Positions 24,906 to 38,343 are shown, counted from the first letter of the stretch. The stretch: 64,000 nucleotides of DNA from Paraspadella gotoi (GCA_051294375.1 CM119264.1:2664005-2728004); one strand, 5' to 3'. Numbers and translations: made by a program. Notes: generated from the letters alone by a model not told the origin.

Positions 24906-25451
24906 AAAGACGCGAAAAAGCAAAGAGATTTTTAACGATGCGGAAAAAAATGGTTTCGTCCGAAAAGTGATTTAGATTCTGGGTCTTGATCCAAAGTTAA
25001 GGAGATCAAGAGTCGAGAATAATAATCACTTTGCGTTTGCGGTTTCCATCGATCGTATCCCCATCTATAATGGATCAAACTAAGTCGCTCCAATGATCTC
25101 GCCAGCATTGCCACTCTGTTGAAAGGAAAGTTGTCGAAAGGAAATGTTGATAAAGTAGTCGTTTCAGATTTAAAGATTTCGAATTAACGTTCATATATTT
25201 AGATGTAATTCGTTCATGCTTGTAAAAAAAACAATAGTAACATTTGGTTTTTGAAATCTTCAAAAAGTTTTAAAAGGTCGTTTGATAAAACTTGTTCCCG
25301 TGATTTCAATTCCTCACCGTTTTTCATTCTTCAAACTGGAAATCCTTTTTACGGTCTACAATTTTTCTTTCTCTCTCTCACTGTTCTTCTAACCTCCTCT
25401 TCTTCTTCTTCCTCTCTCTCTCTCTCTCTCTCTTCATCTCTCTACTCTCTG

Positions 25452-25488
<37 letters not shown>

Positions 25489-25612
25489 CTCTCTCCCTCT
25501 CTCTTCTTCTTTCCTCTCTATCTCTCTATCTCTCTATCTCTTCTTTCTCTCTCTATCTCTCTCTCTTTCTTCTCTCTATCTTCTCTCTTCTCTCTCTCTC
25601 TCTCTCTATCTA

Positions 25613-25645
<33 letters not shown>

Positions 25646-25848
25646 GAGATAACGATTAACGCAGAAGAAATCGTTCTTCTTGACCGTAGGATATTAGAAG
25701 AGGGTGGAATATTTATTTTAGNNNNNNNNNNNNNNNNNNNNNNNNNNNNNNNNNNNNNNNNNNNNNNNNNNNNNNNNNNNNNNNNNNNNNNNNNNNNNNN
25801 NNNNNNNNNNNNNNNNNNNNNNNNNNNNNNNNNNNNNNNNNNNNNNNN

Positions 25849-25980
25849 ACACTTTAGGCCACTCTCAACGGCACACTTTACGCCACTCTTAACGACACAC
25901 TTTACGCCACTCTCAAAGCCGTAATTTACGCCACTCTCAACCCCGCACTTTACGCCACTCTCAACGCCACGCTTTACGCT
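25849..25980. repeat. 24-bp minisatellite CACTTTACGCCACTCTCAACGCCA
   Basis: 5-6 copies starting at the edge of gap 25722-25848; explains the GVESGVKC ORF. Confidence 0.9.
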
Positions 25981-26562
25981 ATCGTCGTCTCTTTCCGCCA
26001 CATTTGACTTCGACCAAAAATTTGCGTCGTTGATTCTCGAATGAAAAAGGAAATCGAAGATTTCGTCGATTTCAGTTCTAATTCTTCTTTTCTTTTCGGC
26101 CTGAAAATCAAAATTAAGTAAAATGTTGGATTTCCATAAGATATTAATTTATATATAATTTATATTTATATATAAATTATTTTGAGTCTCGTAATAAATT
26201 CATTAAAAATTGACCATAAAACTAATTTTTCTTTGATCGCATTTATTCTGGATTCTATTTGGTCAATTAGTCATTTTGCTAAAATTCTATTTTTAGTATT
26301 TAAATTTCTTTACATATACCGATCTTTATCTTTTAATTCTCTCTCTTTATCTCTCTCTCTCTCTCTCTCTCTCTNNNNNNNNNNNNNNNNNNNNNNNNNN
26401 NNNNNNNNNNNNNNNNNNNNNNNNNNNNNNNNNNNNNNNNNNNNNNNNNNNNNNNNNNNNNNNNNNNNNNNNNNNNNNNNNNNNNNNNNNNNNNNNNNNN
26501 NNNNNNNNNNNNNNNNNNNNNNNNNNNNNNNNNNNNNNNNNNNNNNNNNNNNNNNNNNNNNN

Positions 26563-26598
<36 letters not shown>

Positions 26599-27126
26599 AT
26601 TCCTTCAATGTTGAGAGAAGCATTTCCATTTTCACAAAACTTGACTTCTCCATTCTTGGCTCATTGACCCGACGAATCACTGTGACATGATGAGACAGTG
26701 ATAGTCGGGAATTCACTCTCCCTCATCAACGAGGTGGAGCAAAACTCCACAAACTCACTGGATTTGATCGAAAAAAATCCTTATACAACGTGGAAAGAAA
26801 AAAGACGAAAAAAAAATACTTAATTTCAGAAAACACCATGAAAGTTACCCGAAAAAAAAAACGGTGAAAAATTTGTATAAGCTAACTATAATTTTACATT
26901 GTAAGTACGCAATCCAAATAAATTTTTTGGGAGAGAGAGANNNNNNNNNNNNNNNNNNNNNNNNNNNNNNNNNNNNNNNNNNNNNNNNNNNNNNNNNNNN
27001 NNNNNNNNNNNNNNNNNNNNNNNNNNNNNNNNNNNNNNNNNNNNNNNNNNNNNNNNNNNNNNNNNNNNNNNNNNNNNNNNNNNNNNNNNNNNNNNNNNNN
27101 NNNNNNNNNNNNNNNNNNNNNNNNNN

Positions 27127-27160
<34 letters not shown>

Positions 27161-27231
27161 CTAACTTGTTAAGATCGAAAGGTAATTCTGGTAGTCAAGA
27201 AAAGCGGATTACGTCCCAAAGATGGAAAGAT

Positions 27232-27592
27232 AACAAAAACGGTAATTACAATGTGTTGCGCGGCAGAGACTTTATTTTCACGAGTATTTTTTTTTGATCA
27301 GATGATATGACATGACATGACATGGAAAAAAAACTTTCCGTAGGTATGCACTGCATCGAAATTCCGTCTTTTATTCCTTAAAGTTTTAGGATTTCCTGAA
27401 GGTGGCGCTATAAGTCACTTAAATTTGAGGTTTTTTCCGTCTTAACAAATGAGCAACCAACTATAGGCGAATTATATGCATTTTTAGGATAAGTGGGACA
27501 GACCGACGGACAGACATACTGACCGACAGACAGATTTAGACAGACAGACCGACCGAAAAGTGACCCTTTTATGAGAGGTTGCTTCCGCGAGA
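27232..27592 (-). mobile_element. HINE/DINE-1-like non-autonomous element (diverged relative of 60972-61277)
   Basis: The reverse complement shares blocks with 60972-61277 in the same order: CTCGCGG(A)AGCAAC, (GTCG/GTCT)n, CCCACTTA, CATATAATTCGCCTATAGTTG.TTGCTCATT, ATGTCATGTCA.GTCATATCAT, AATAAAGTC.CTG..GCGCAAC and an ACCGTT..TGTT end. The flanks are unrelated. Confidence 0.7.
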
Positions 27593-27902
27593 AGAAAGTG
27601 AGAAATACAATGATAGAAAAAAAAAAAAAAAAAACAAATGATAAGGAAAAGTGGAGAGGGATTAATCGCAAGAGAAAAAATATAGAGAGCAAAACTTTCT
27701 ATCAGTTACTCATTTTTATCTATTACCATTGTGCCGACTTTAATCATAACTAACATTAAATATATATCTTCTATACACGCCGGCATCCAATATACTTTTC
27801 CTCGAGACGTTTAATATACCATTCCTTATTTAGAACGAAAAAAAAAAAACAATAATAAAGAAAAAATAATAATAATCGAAAAGAAAAAAAAGAATAAAAA
27901 TA

Positions 27903-28665
27903 GAGATTGGGAAAAGACGGAAAGAAGATTGGGGAAGAGGGAGGAAAGAAAAGATTGGGTTAAAGAAAAAGAGAAGTTTTGGGGTAATAGGAAAGAAAGA
28001 TTTGGGGAAGAAGGAAAAAAGAATTGGGGAAGTGAAAGAAAGATTGGGGAAAGAGAGGAAAGAAGATTTGGGAAGAGAGGAAAGAAGATTGGGGAAAAGA
28101 GAGAAAGAAGATTTTGGGAAGAGAGGAAAGAAGTATTTGGGAAAAGTAAAGAAAAAGATTGGGGAAAAGAGAGGAAAGAAGATTGGGGAAGAGAGGAGAA
28201 GGAAGATTGGGGAAGAGAAGGAAAGAAGATTGGGGAAAAGAGAAAGAAGATTTGGAAAGAGAGGAAAGAAGATTGGGAGAAATAGGAAAGAAGATTGGGG
28301 AAAAGAGGAAAAGAAGATTGGGGAAGAGAGGAAAGAAGATTGGGAAGAAAGGAAAGAAGATTGGGGAAAAGAGGAAGAAAGATTGGGGAAGAGAGGAAAG
28401 AAATTGGGAAGAGAGGAAGAAGATTGGGGAAGAAAGGAAAGAAATTGGGAAAAGAGGAAAAGATTGGGGAAGAGAGGAAAGAAGATTGGGGAAGAACGAG
28501 GAAAGAAGAATTGGGAAAAGAGGAAAAGAAGATTGGGGCAGAAGAGAATTTGGGAAAGAAGGTAGATTGGGGAAAGAGAGGAAAGAGAGATTGGGGAAGA
28601 AAGGAATAGAAGATTGGGAGAGGAAAGAGGAAGATTGGGGAAGAGAGGAAAGAAGATTGGGGAAA
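27903..28665. repeat. 22-bp purine-rich satellite GAGGAAAGAAGATTGGGGAAGA, ~34 copies
   Basis: Contiguous units; an inverted copy lies at 43940-44343. Explains the K/E/R/G and F/S/P ORFs here. Confidence 0.92.
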
Positions 28666-28949
28666 AAAAAAATGATGGCATCACCGAAAAATATCGAGTT
28701 AAAAATAGAAAAAGTAAAAATGAAAAAGCTAAGTGCTAAGAAAATAGTGGATAATGCTATTCGTTAAAAATATATCAATAGTTAAGAAAATATCAATAGT
28801 TTAAAATGAATTAATAGTTAGGAATATGTAATATGTATTATAACTTAGTGGAGCATTTCGTTCGAGTTCAAAATGTTAGCGCAGGGATAGAAGAAACTTA
28901 GAGAAGCTCTGAAATCATATTAAACCCTAAACAGTAAACAGTCTGGGTA

Positions 28950-29043
28950 ATCCCAAACAGTGTAGGTTCTCATCCAAAACTGTCTAGGTCCTCATCCCAA
29001 ATAGTCTAGGTCCTCATCCCAAACAGTCTTAGGCCTCATCCCT
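28950..29043. repeat. 22-bp minisatellite TCCTCATCCCAAACAGTCTAGG
   Basis: About 4 copies; inverted copy at 43550-43645. Confidence 0.8.
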
Positions 29044-29414
29044 CCAGAGTCTTGACCCCGGATGAAAGGTCGCGAATGGGATTCTCGATCAGGACGACTT
29101 CGTGGGCCGAAGGAGGCGAAGGAAGCGGAGGACAATCCGTGGAGGAAAGGGAGGAAAGGAAAGGAAGATAGGGAGGAAAGGAAGAAAGGTGAGAAAGGGA
29201 GGAATGGAAGGGAGGATAGGGAGGAAAGGAAGGGAGAAAAGGAAGGGAAGATAGGGAGGAAAGGAAGGGAGAAAAGGAAGGGAGGAAAGGAAGGAAGGTG
29301 AAAAAAGAGGTAACTGAAAAAAACTTAAGTAAAGATAGGGAATGAAATAAAATGGAGAAAGAATAAAAGAAGAAAACTGAAATTTCAGGAAAAATAATAA
29401 AAGAAAAGAGAGAT

Positions 29415-29475
<61 letters not shown>

Positions 29476-31154
29476 TAGAGAAAGAGAGAGAGAGAGAGAG
29501 GGAGAGAGAGCAACATCACTTTTTTTCGTCACTGTTTTTCTCGATCGACAACCGTAAAAAATGATCCCTAAAAAGTGATTTATCAATTTTTTGGTAAACT
29601 TTTTCCCTTATTTTTTTTATTGTTGTCATTAACACAATAAAATAAATCATAAATCCTTAGCCAATCACCTCACCACTCACCACTCACCACTCACCAAAAC
29701 CCGATTGAAACGAATTCCTTTATCTTCACATCTTTGTCGTTGTTGTCGTCGTTGTCGTCGTTGTTCCATTTCGCTTCAACTTCGGTATGCATAACCCACT
29801 CAAGGGACATCGAAAGTCGATGACGACAACCGAGGAAAGAGTGTGACGACGAACAGGAGTGGAGTGTGAAATACAGGGGGATTCGACTAACAGGAGTGGC
29901 GTTAAAAAATAAGTTCATGACGGACAAGAGTGCACCGAGTGCAGTGAGAAAGATGAAATGAGTGGCGAGAACGTGAATTATTGAGTGTGACTGACTGGAG
30001 TGGAGTGAGGAACCCCTCGGGTGAGACGAACCGTAGTGGATTTATTTAGTTAATCTTCACCGAACGATTTGAGTGATCTTGTGGCGATATATTCAAACCG
30101 CTTCACATCCGTCATTGTTCTGCCAATCCCATTGGCTCAGAGAGGGAACGCACCATCCCAGCCGTTGTGTTCCACTGTCCTAATGACTTCCCTCTGCGTT
30201 GACAAAGCGACACCGCCCCAGGGTAACCGCTGGATAGGTCACTGAGGGTCGGAAGCCCCCAAAGCCAACAGTGAGATGGCCCATCCCAATGGGCATCCCA
30301 GGCAGCCAAGCTCTTGCTATAATCTTTAAATATTTGCTTCATTTTTCGAGTTTAGGTTTATAAGCAGAAATTTTGGAAAAGTTTTAACTTTTTTCGCACG
30401 ACGGATTTTCTCTCAAAAAAAAAATTACCGGCCTGAATCTCGTCAGTTAAGGACTCGAGTAATTATTATTACTACTACTACTATTACTACTACTACAATT
30501 ACTACTATTACTACTAATACTTCTTCTACTACTACTAATACTACTACTAATACTTTGGGATCATAGATCGAAACTAAATGTATGACAAGAAATGACAATA
30601 AATGACAAGTGAATCGCTCGACCGAAGAAGAAATCAGTCGTCCCGTTAAGTAAAAATCGGTGAGCCTGTGATTGAGTGAAAAGCGGCGATCGGGTGACAG
30701 CGACAACGTGAATGTTCACTGAGGTAGAAAATTGGGGGGGGGAAGTGAAATGGTCATTCGAGGGACTGACTGACTGACAAGGTAGACAGACGTTAAGCGC
30801 TAATGTTGTGTAGTTTTTAAATTGACAACTGGCAAAGATGATAGGAAAATATAAACCTGTGATGATACTTGGTATTATTGCAAAATGACAAATGTGATTA
30901 ATATTTAAACCAGTGGCTGCGGCAATACATGTAAATCGCCAAAATGGCAACTGAGAATGGCGGAATAGATAAAATGGAAAAATGGCAGCTGAAAATGGAT
31001 TCATGGATAAAATGGCAAAATGGAGGCATGGATAAAATGGCAAAATGGCAGCTGGTCAAGTGGCCAAATGGAATCTTCGACGTCAGGAACAGAATTGGGG
31101 AGACTCAATTTTCCTCTCACCTTCATTCGAGTAGACAAGCGAGAGAGAGATGGA

Positions 31155-31275
<121 letters not shown>

Positions 31276-31631
31276 GTTCGACAAAGGAGGAAATTTTGGC
31301 CGGAGAAAATTGAGAATTTGGGTGAAAAGGAAAAGCAAAAGAAAATAGAGAAAAGAATAAGGAAAAAGAAAGGAAAGGGAAAGAAGGGATAAGGAATAAA
31401 GGGAGATAGGAAAAGGAAAGAAAAGATAAGGAATAAAAGGAGATAGAAAAAAAAAAGAAGAGATAATTCTTTTGCCATTTCATTTACTGCGCCATTTTAA
31501 TCAATGTCGTATCATTTACCCTTCCATTTAATTCACTGTGCTGTTTTAATCACTCTCCCATCTCACTCACTCTGCCTTCTCATTCACTCTTCCATCTCAT
31601 TCACTCCGCAATTTCATCTTGACCTCCTCAG

Positions 31632-31753
31632 GGTCACCCGAGAAGCTCGATGAAGGCAAAATCACCGCGGACGACTCCGCCCCCCTACCCTTCCGTCCAC
31701 CACTGCCGCCCCCTCCCGTCCGAGTTGATGTAAAACGACGAAAAAGTTTAGGG
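31632..31753 (+). CDS. Candidate internal coding exon, product unknown
   Basis: Pyrimidine tract and CTCCTCAG acceptor (31630-31631); frame SPEKLDEGKITADDSAPLPFRPPLPPPPVRVDVKRRKSLG; donor G|GTGAGA at 31754. Inverted copy at ~40905-40998. Confidence 0.5.
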
Positions 31754-33379
31754 GTGAGATTTTCCTTTGAGGATCCTCAATTCTCTTCATGCGAGTATTC
31801 TACTTGGACTGGAGCAGCTGTTCTCGCTGCGTTCGCCAGTAGTACTGATTCCGCTTAGCTGGTAACAGATATCCCTGCTGGTTCCTTCGCGCCTAGCTGT
31901 TCCCTGTCTGTTTGTCTGCGGTTCCACTCCTGTTTCTCTGCCGGTACCAGTGTTTCTCGCAGCACTGAGTCAATGGCGAATCCAAGAGGGCAAACAAAGA
32001 GGTAGGGAAGATTTATGCCACTGTCGATGATTTTCGTTTTCGTGTCTATTCTTTTCGTGAAATTGCTCCCGTTATTCTCCTTGGCATACCTTTGGCACAT
32101 ACCTTTGGCACATACCTTTGGCACTTATCTTTTATCATTCTCATTGCCCTGTTTCCTTGACTTATACCCCCATCTTACTCCCCCCCCCCAGTTTGTCTGC
32201 CCCGCTTAACTTCCCCCCCACCTGAAATTTTTCTCGATGGAGAAACGAAATTCGAAACTGGAATCATAACGTGAAATATTTTCACGAGTCACGCGCAGTC
32301 GCGCTATTCTCACATCTCCCGCGATTAAATCGGGTGACACTTTTATCCAATCAATTTCTTAGCTTCGCGCTAAAATCTTGACTTGACATGATCACGGTTC
32401 TCTATTATGCTTTGACTTAAATCGAACTAATAAACTAGACTGTGAGAAAGTCTTGATTGAAAGCTTACAGGGTCATGCTATGCCATTATCTCGTAAGGCC
32501 TTATCCCAGCCATAGCCCGGCCAAAGTCAGGGGCAAGATGGCTTATTTCTTAAACGAATGAATAATTTTTATATCGGTTCTACGAATTTCATTAAGAAGC
32601 TTCGTCGTTTTCGACTCTTCCCTCCGATCGATCGGTAAAAAATACCCACCGTCGACTTTGACGACTCTGGGAAGCTCAAAGCGGCAGCCGCCGCCGCCGC
32701 CATCAGCAGCAGCAGCAGCATCGACCCCGACGACGCTTCTTTTATGACGCTCATATCCTCTTTAACCCTTCGACCTCCGCAAAGCCGAGCGACCTCGTCT
32801 TTTTGGGTTTCGTTTCTTTAGTTTGTATGTTGGTTATTCTTCACTTCGTTCGTTGGTTCGTTCAATAGTTTATTCATAAGTTCGTACTTTATTTTGTCAC
32901 TTTGTTCGTTCGNNNNNNNNNNNNNNNNNNNNNNNNNTTCGTTCGTTCGTTCGTTCGTTGATCGTTTCGTGTAGTTATTCAAGTTCGTGTACTTTTTGTA
33001 TTTTCGTTCGTTCGCTTCGTCGTCGTACTCGTTCGTTGTCGTTTTCGTTCTCTTGTATCTTCGTTCGTTCGGGATTATTCTTTCTTTTCTGTTCATGGTT
33101 CGTTCTCTCCAAACACATTTTTTCCACTTTCCTATCTGCGTCGACTGACGAGGAACATTTTTTTCGGGTCGAGTTTGGCCTTGGGGAATCCAGGGTTGGG
33201 GAGTAGAGAGAGAGGAGAGAGAGGAGAGAGAGAGAGAGGGTGAGAGAGAGAGAAGAGAGCAGAGAGAGAGAGGTAGAGCAGAGAGAGAGAGAGAGACAAG
33301 AATTTGTGTCGCTTCCATATTGTGATGTGACAACGACCTGCACTTTGTCTTTCGCTCTACTCTCTCCTCTCTCTTCTCT

Positions 33380-33422
<43 letters not shown>

Positions 33423-33811
33423 CTCTCTCTCTCTCTCTCTCTCTCTTTTACCTAACCTCACGTCGTTCCCACGGATTCCCGACCCATTTGATTCCCTTTC
33501 TCCTCCGGGTTCGCATTTGTCGCCCTCGACGCTTTGACCTCCTGACCGGGTCTTCTCAACCTTCCTTCGCTTGACTCACCTTTTCCTCACATAAGCACAG
33601 ATCGGTCGCATCCAAAGAATCTCCCTTTTTTCATTTTTATTTCGCTTTTTTAATATTTAATTTCCCCACCGATGAGATTCATCGAATTATATATTGTTTA
33701 TATATTATATTATATATTATATGTTTATTCATTAAAGATTGACAAGATTGCAGGGGCCTGCTTTGTCATTATCTTGTAAGAGTGATGGAGGCCTTAACCA
33801 ACCAGTCAGCT

Positions 33812-33927
33812 TGACCAATCAGCTTGATGGAACTGTAAAATGATATTTCGACGACTTCTGTCTTCCTTTTCCCCTTTTGTTTTTTTTATCTCGCCAATTC
33901 CAAGATGGCGGCCTCTGCCACGCCCGC
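33812..33927. promoter_or_regulatory. CCAAT + YY1 + Sp/KLF motif cluster
   Basis: CCAATCA 33815-33821, CAAGATGGCGGC 33901-33912 (YY1 consensus) and GCCACGCCC 33917-33925. Largely retained in the inverted copy 38900-39012. Confidence 0.45.
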
Positions 33928-33997
33928 TTTCGCTAATCCCTTTTTTTCGTTCTTCCCTCGTCTGTCGCAAACGCCCGGGTCTCGTCGTGTATTTCAT

Positions 33998-34395
33998 ACG
34001 AATCACCTCATGATTTCCTCATGAATCACCTCATGAATCAGCTCATGAATCATCTAATGAATCACCTCATGAATCATCTAATGAATGCATCTCATGAATC
34101 ATCTAAAGAATCATCTAATGAATCATCTAATGAATCACTTCATGAATCACCTCATTAATCATTTAATATTCAGCCCATGATCACTTAATGAATCATCTAA
34201 GGAATCAGCTCATGATCACCTCATGAATCATCTATTGAATCATCTCAAGAATCAGCTCATGATCATCTAATGAATCACTTCATGAATCACCTCATTAATC
34301 ATTTAATTTTTCAGCCCATGAATCACTTATGAATCATCTAAGGAATCACTCATGAATAATCTAATGAATCAGCTCATGAATCACCCATGAATCTT
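33998..34395. repeat. 12-bp minisatellite ATGAATCA(CCTC/TCTA/GCTC) with higher-order structure
   Basis: About 30 units with a ~140-bp higher-order duplication (34129 vs 34269). Copies at 38414-38823 and 44369-44496. Confidence 0.92.
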
Positions 34396-35240
34396 CCCTC
34401 TTTTTTACTTGATTTTTGAAATAAAGATTCGCGTACAAAGTATCGTTTGCATCGGAATTTCTCCTCACGTTTGAATATTATTATTTCTTTTCTTTTTCGG
34501 TGAATTTCTCTTCTTTTTGTTCCTATATAATATTCTCTTACCTCTCTTACTTCTCTAAATTTCTCATTCTCCTCCTATCTCTCTCTCTCTCCCATCTCTC
34601 TTCTCCCCAATCTGTCTCTCCCCATCTCTCTCTTCCATCTTCTCGCCCCATCTCTCTCTCCCATATCTCTCTCCCCATCTCTCTCTCCCCATCTCTCTCT
34701 CTCTCCCGATAACTGTCCGACCATTACTGTCCCATCATCACTGTTTCTCCACTTTTGCTCATTTTTCGAAGACTCACTTTTCGCCCACATTTTTTTCCCT
34801 CACACTTACCTCGGGATTTCCTTACCCCAACTTTTTTAATCTATCCATCACATCGGCGTGAACATCTCTCACCTTCACTTTTATTCTTCTCTCATTTTCT
34901 GACAATTTTCACCATCAAACAAAATCCGTTGTGTCACCATCACAAGAGACTTGAGTTATTCCTTGCGTGAAAAAAAAATGTGATGTATCACTTGTGACCT
35001 CGAATTTCGCTTCACTTCACTTTCCCCTTCTCCGCGCACGTCGCATTAAATTTGGTTCTGGCAATCATCTTTGCTCCGCCGACCCGCAGCCGCGCTGCCG
35101 ACGCCGCTGTGCCGCCGCTGCCCCTCCTCCTCCCTCCTCCTCCTCCTCCTCCTCCTCCTCCGTTTTCAGCCGTCTCCACCAACACGACGCAATCAATGTC
35201 TTCGCAATTTCACCTTTTTCTTTCTTTCTTTCTTTCTTTT

Positions 35241-35296
<56 letters not shown>

Positions 35297-35628
35297 TCCT
35301 TCTTTCCTTCTTTCTTTCTGTTTTATTTTTTAGTCTCTATCCCTCAAACTCGCCATATTTTCTTTCTTTCTTTCTTTCTTCTTTCTTTCTTTCTTTTTTC
35401 TTTCTTTCTTTTTATTCTTTCTTTTTCTCTTTCTTTCTTTTTTTCTTTCTTTCTTATCTTTCTTTCTTTCCATTTTTATTTCTATCCTCGCTCTTGCCAT
35501 TTTTTTCTCTTTCATTTCTCTCTCTCCCTTTGCTCGGTTTATTTCTTTTTGTCACGCCCGTTTGATGGAATCTGCTTGTGACCAAATGGAGAGAGAGGAG
35601 AGAGAGAGGAGGGAGAGAGGGAGGAGAG

Positions 35629-35695
<67 letters not shown>

Positions 35696-36614
35696 CATTG
35701 CAATTCTCGACGAGGGTCAAACGCGGGTTTTTCTCTCTTGTATTTTCTCACTCAGAAAAATTAATCGGTTTCTTTCTTTTGTTTTGTGGTCGAGCGACGG
35801 GCTGGCGAGTGGCCAGTGGCGTGAAAGGCGTTGAAATATTCAGCTCGGAGTGTTCACCGGTTATGATAACGTGACGCGGGAGAAGATTCGCTCATTGGCC
35901 CGTAATGAGTGAATGTAATTATTCTATATTATGATAAATTAAAAACAAAAAAAATCATTGTGATATGAATTTTAAGCAAGGTAGCGTATAATTTAACAAA
36001 CGATAATCCAAAAAAAATCTTAAAATAAAAGAAAGAAGAAAGAAACGTGAAAGACAAAGAATCACAACTTCAAGGCCAAACTTCTTAACACAAGGTAATA
36101 TGTACGGAACTGATATATAGGAGAAAACAGTTTTTGTTTTTACATAATGGAACTGATATAGAAATTAGAAACCAGAAACCGGATGTCGAAAGAAATAAAT
36201 ATCTCAAACACGGATGTATATATCGAGAAACCCCGTATGTAAATAGGCGAAAGCGAATGTGATCGGCGCCATTAGTTCCGGGTAAGTTACTCTTCTCTAA
36301 GTGTGAACCGTCAAAGGGTGAGTTAAGTCGCGCGTTCGATTCACATTTTAATTCCTCGTTGATTGGGAAACCGAAAAAGATTTTGGACCTTCGCTAAGTT
36401 GACCTCTTGACGGCCCGACCTTTCCTTTCCCGAAGCCAACGTATTGATTGGTCGAGTTGATCTCATTGCTTGATTCCTCTGCTTGATACTTCCCTTCGAA
36501 TCCAAATGTGGCTTAAAGTTTGTGCTTGGGCTGTTGCCCTCCTTCCCTCTCGGCCGGTTCCAGCGCGTCGACCCGCCAGACTAAAGACCCTCTCGAAAGG
36601 TCGGGCCTTTTTTT

Positions 36615-36697
36615 CGGCCTGTCGCCTGTTGGCCTATTGCTTTGTTGGCCTGTTGGCCTGTTGGCCTATTGGTTTGTTGGCCTGTTGGCCTGTCGGC
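36615..36697. repeat. 8-bp repeat GGCCTGTT
   Basis: About 9 degenerate units; copies at 46588-46671 and 58534-58618. Confidence 0.85.
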
Positions 36698-37663
36698 CGA
36701 AACTCGAACGTGCAGCGCGTCTTTTCCTTTTCCTCTTTTAACAGGTTAATCGCGTCTACTTCTATCCATTTTTAGGTTAGGCTCTCGTGTGATTGATGAA
36801 AGAGATGAGATGTGAAAGATGTGAGATATCGTATGCGGTGCTGAGATAATATGCGATAATGTAATTTTAATAACGAAGCGTTAGAAAACAGCAACCAATG
36901 GTATTATTTATTTTTACGTATAAACCGCTTACGTAATTCCTCCTTTGCTATTTTTCCCCATTTTTATTCTTTAGAAACGAAAAAAAAAAAGTTTAAAATC
37001 CTTTTTGCCAATTAATGGTAAACTAAGTCCGTCGGTTTCGTCTTGAAAGTCTTTTAAATATATTAAGCTATTGATTCATTTAATTTAAAATTTCGATTTA
37101 TTGAGGGCCCAACATTTATCATTTTTTCTCGATTAGATCTTATCTTTTTGTCGGTCCGTCCGTCTATCAGTCGTTTTGTTTCAGCCAATGCGTTAAACGA
37201 CAATTACGAGAAGAGCTTTTGATGACGATAACAATTACAGACGTGAGACAAAACGCACAGAGGAAACTGTGATTTGTGATTGTGAGATAGAAGGTGAAAG
37301 ATGGAAGGAAAAGAGAAGTGATAAGAAAATAAGAAAGAGAATGGGAGGGAAGAAAAGAAAAGAAAAGAAAAGAAAGAAAAGAAAAGAAAAGAAAGTAAAA
37401 GAAAAGAAAAGAAAAGAAAAGAAAAGAAAATAGAAAATCTACTAGAGAGAAAAAAAATTGTTCTAGTCAGCGATTTTAGACAGATTAGGTTCGGGTTAGG
37501 TCTGGGATCGGGTCACGGTCGGGTCAGTTCATGGGTCAGTTCATGGGTCCAGGTCATGGATCCGGTCAGGGTCGGGTCACGGTTAAGGTCATCGACCTTT
37601 CCACCCAAATCCTCCTTCGCGCCTTCTCGCTTTTTTTTCAATCTTCCGCGAAGTTAGAACTGG

Positions 37664-37892
37664 ATAAATGAGAAATGGTAATTAAGGGAAGTGTAAAAGA
37701 AAAGTGAAAAGTGGCAGATGGTAAATGAGAAATGGTATTAAGGAAGTGTAAATAAAAGTGAAAAGTGGCGGATGGTAAATGATAAATGGTATTAAGGGAA
37801 GTGGTAAAAGAAAAGTGAAAAGTGGCAAATGGTAAAAATGAGAAATGGTATGAGGGGGGCAAATTGGAAAAATAAAAGTGAGAAATGGCATG
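37664..37892. repeat. 57-bp minisatellite, ~4 copies
   Basis: Unit TAAATGAGAAATGGTATTAAGGGAAGTGGTAAAAGAAAAGTGAAAAGTGGCAGATGG. The cleanest copy has starts at 47642, 47699 and 47756; a third copy is at ~59607-59830. Confidence 0.9.
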
Positions 37893-38276
37893 TAAGAAGC
37901 TGAATTAGGCAAAAGGCCAGAAGCACAAAGCATTGCTTATGTTTGATCGTCCTTTATTAAGAGTCATGATGAAATTGAGGTTCAAGACAAAGATGGCGAC
38001 AAAAAAAGACAAAGATAGAAAACAGACAAGATAATGCAAATTATAACATGCACAATTTCGAGTTGGAGAAAAGTAGAGAACTAAAGTAGTAAATACTAAA
38101 GTAAATACTAAAGTAAATACAAAAGTAAATACTAAAGTAGTAAATACTACGTACTACATAAACTTAGGTTTAGGTCAACGATCAGATTCAATATATAACC
38201 TAAAATTTTCGTCGATGTAACCGGTTTTTAACGTACTGAGCGGCGGCAATTATCGAGCAGTTCCCCACCTGAGCCT

Positions 38277-38343
<67 letters not shown>

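Noticed and set aside
27830-28767. Long ORFs of 187-284 aa on both strands
   Set aside because: They are translations of the 22-bp purine satellite, which lacks stop codons by composition.
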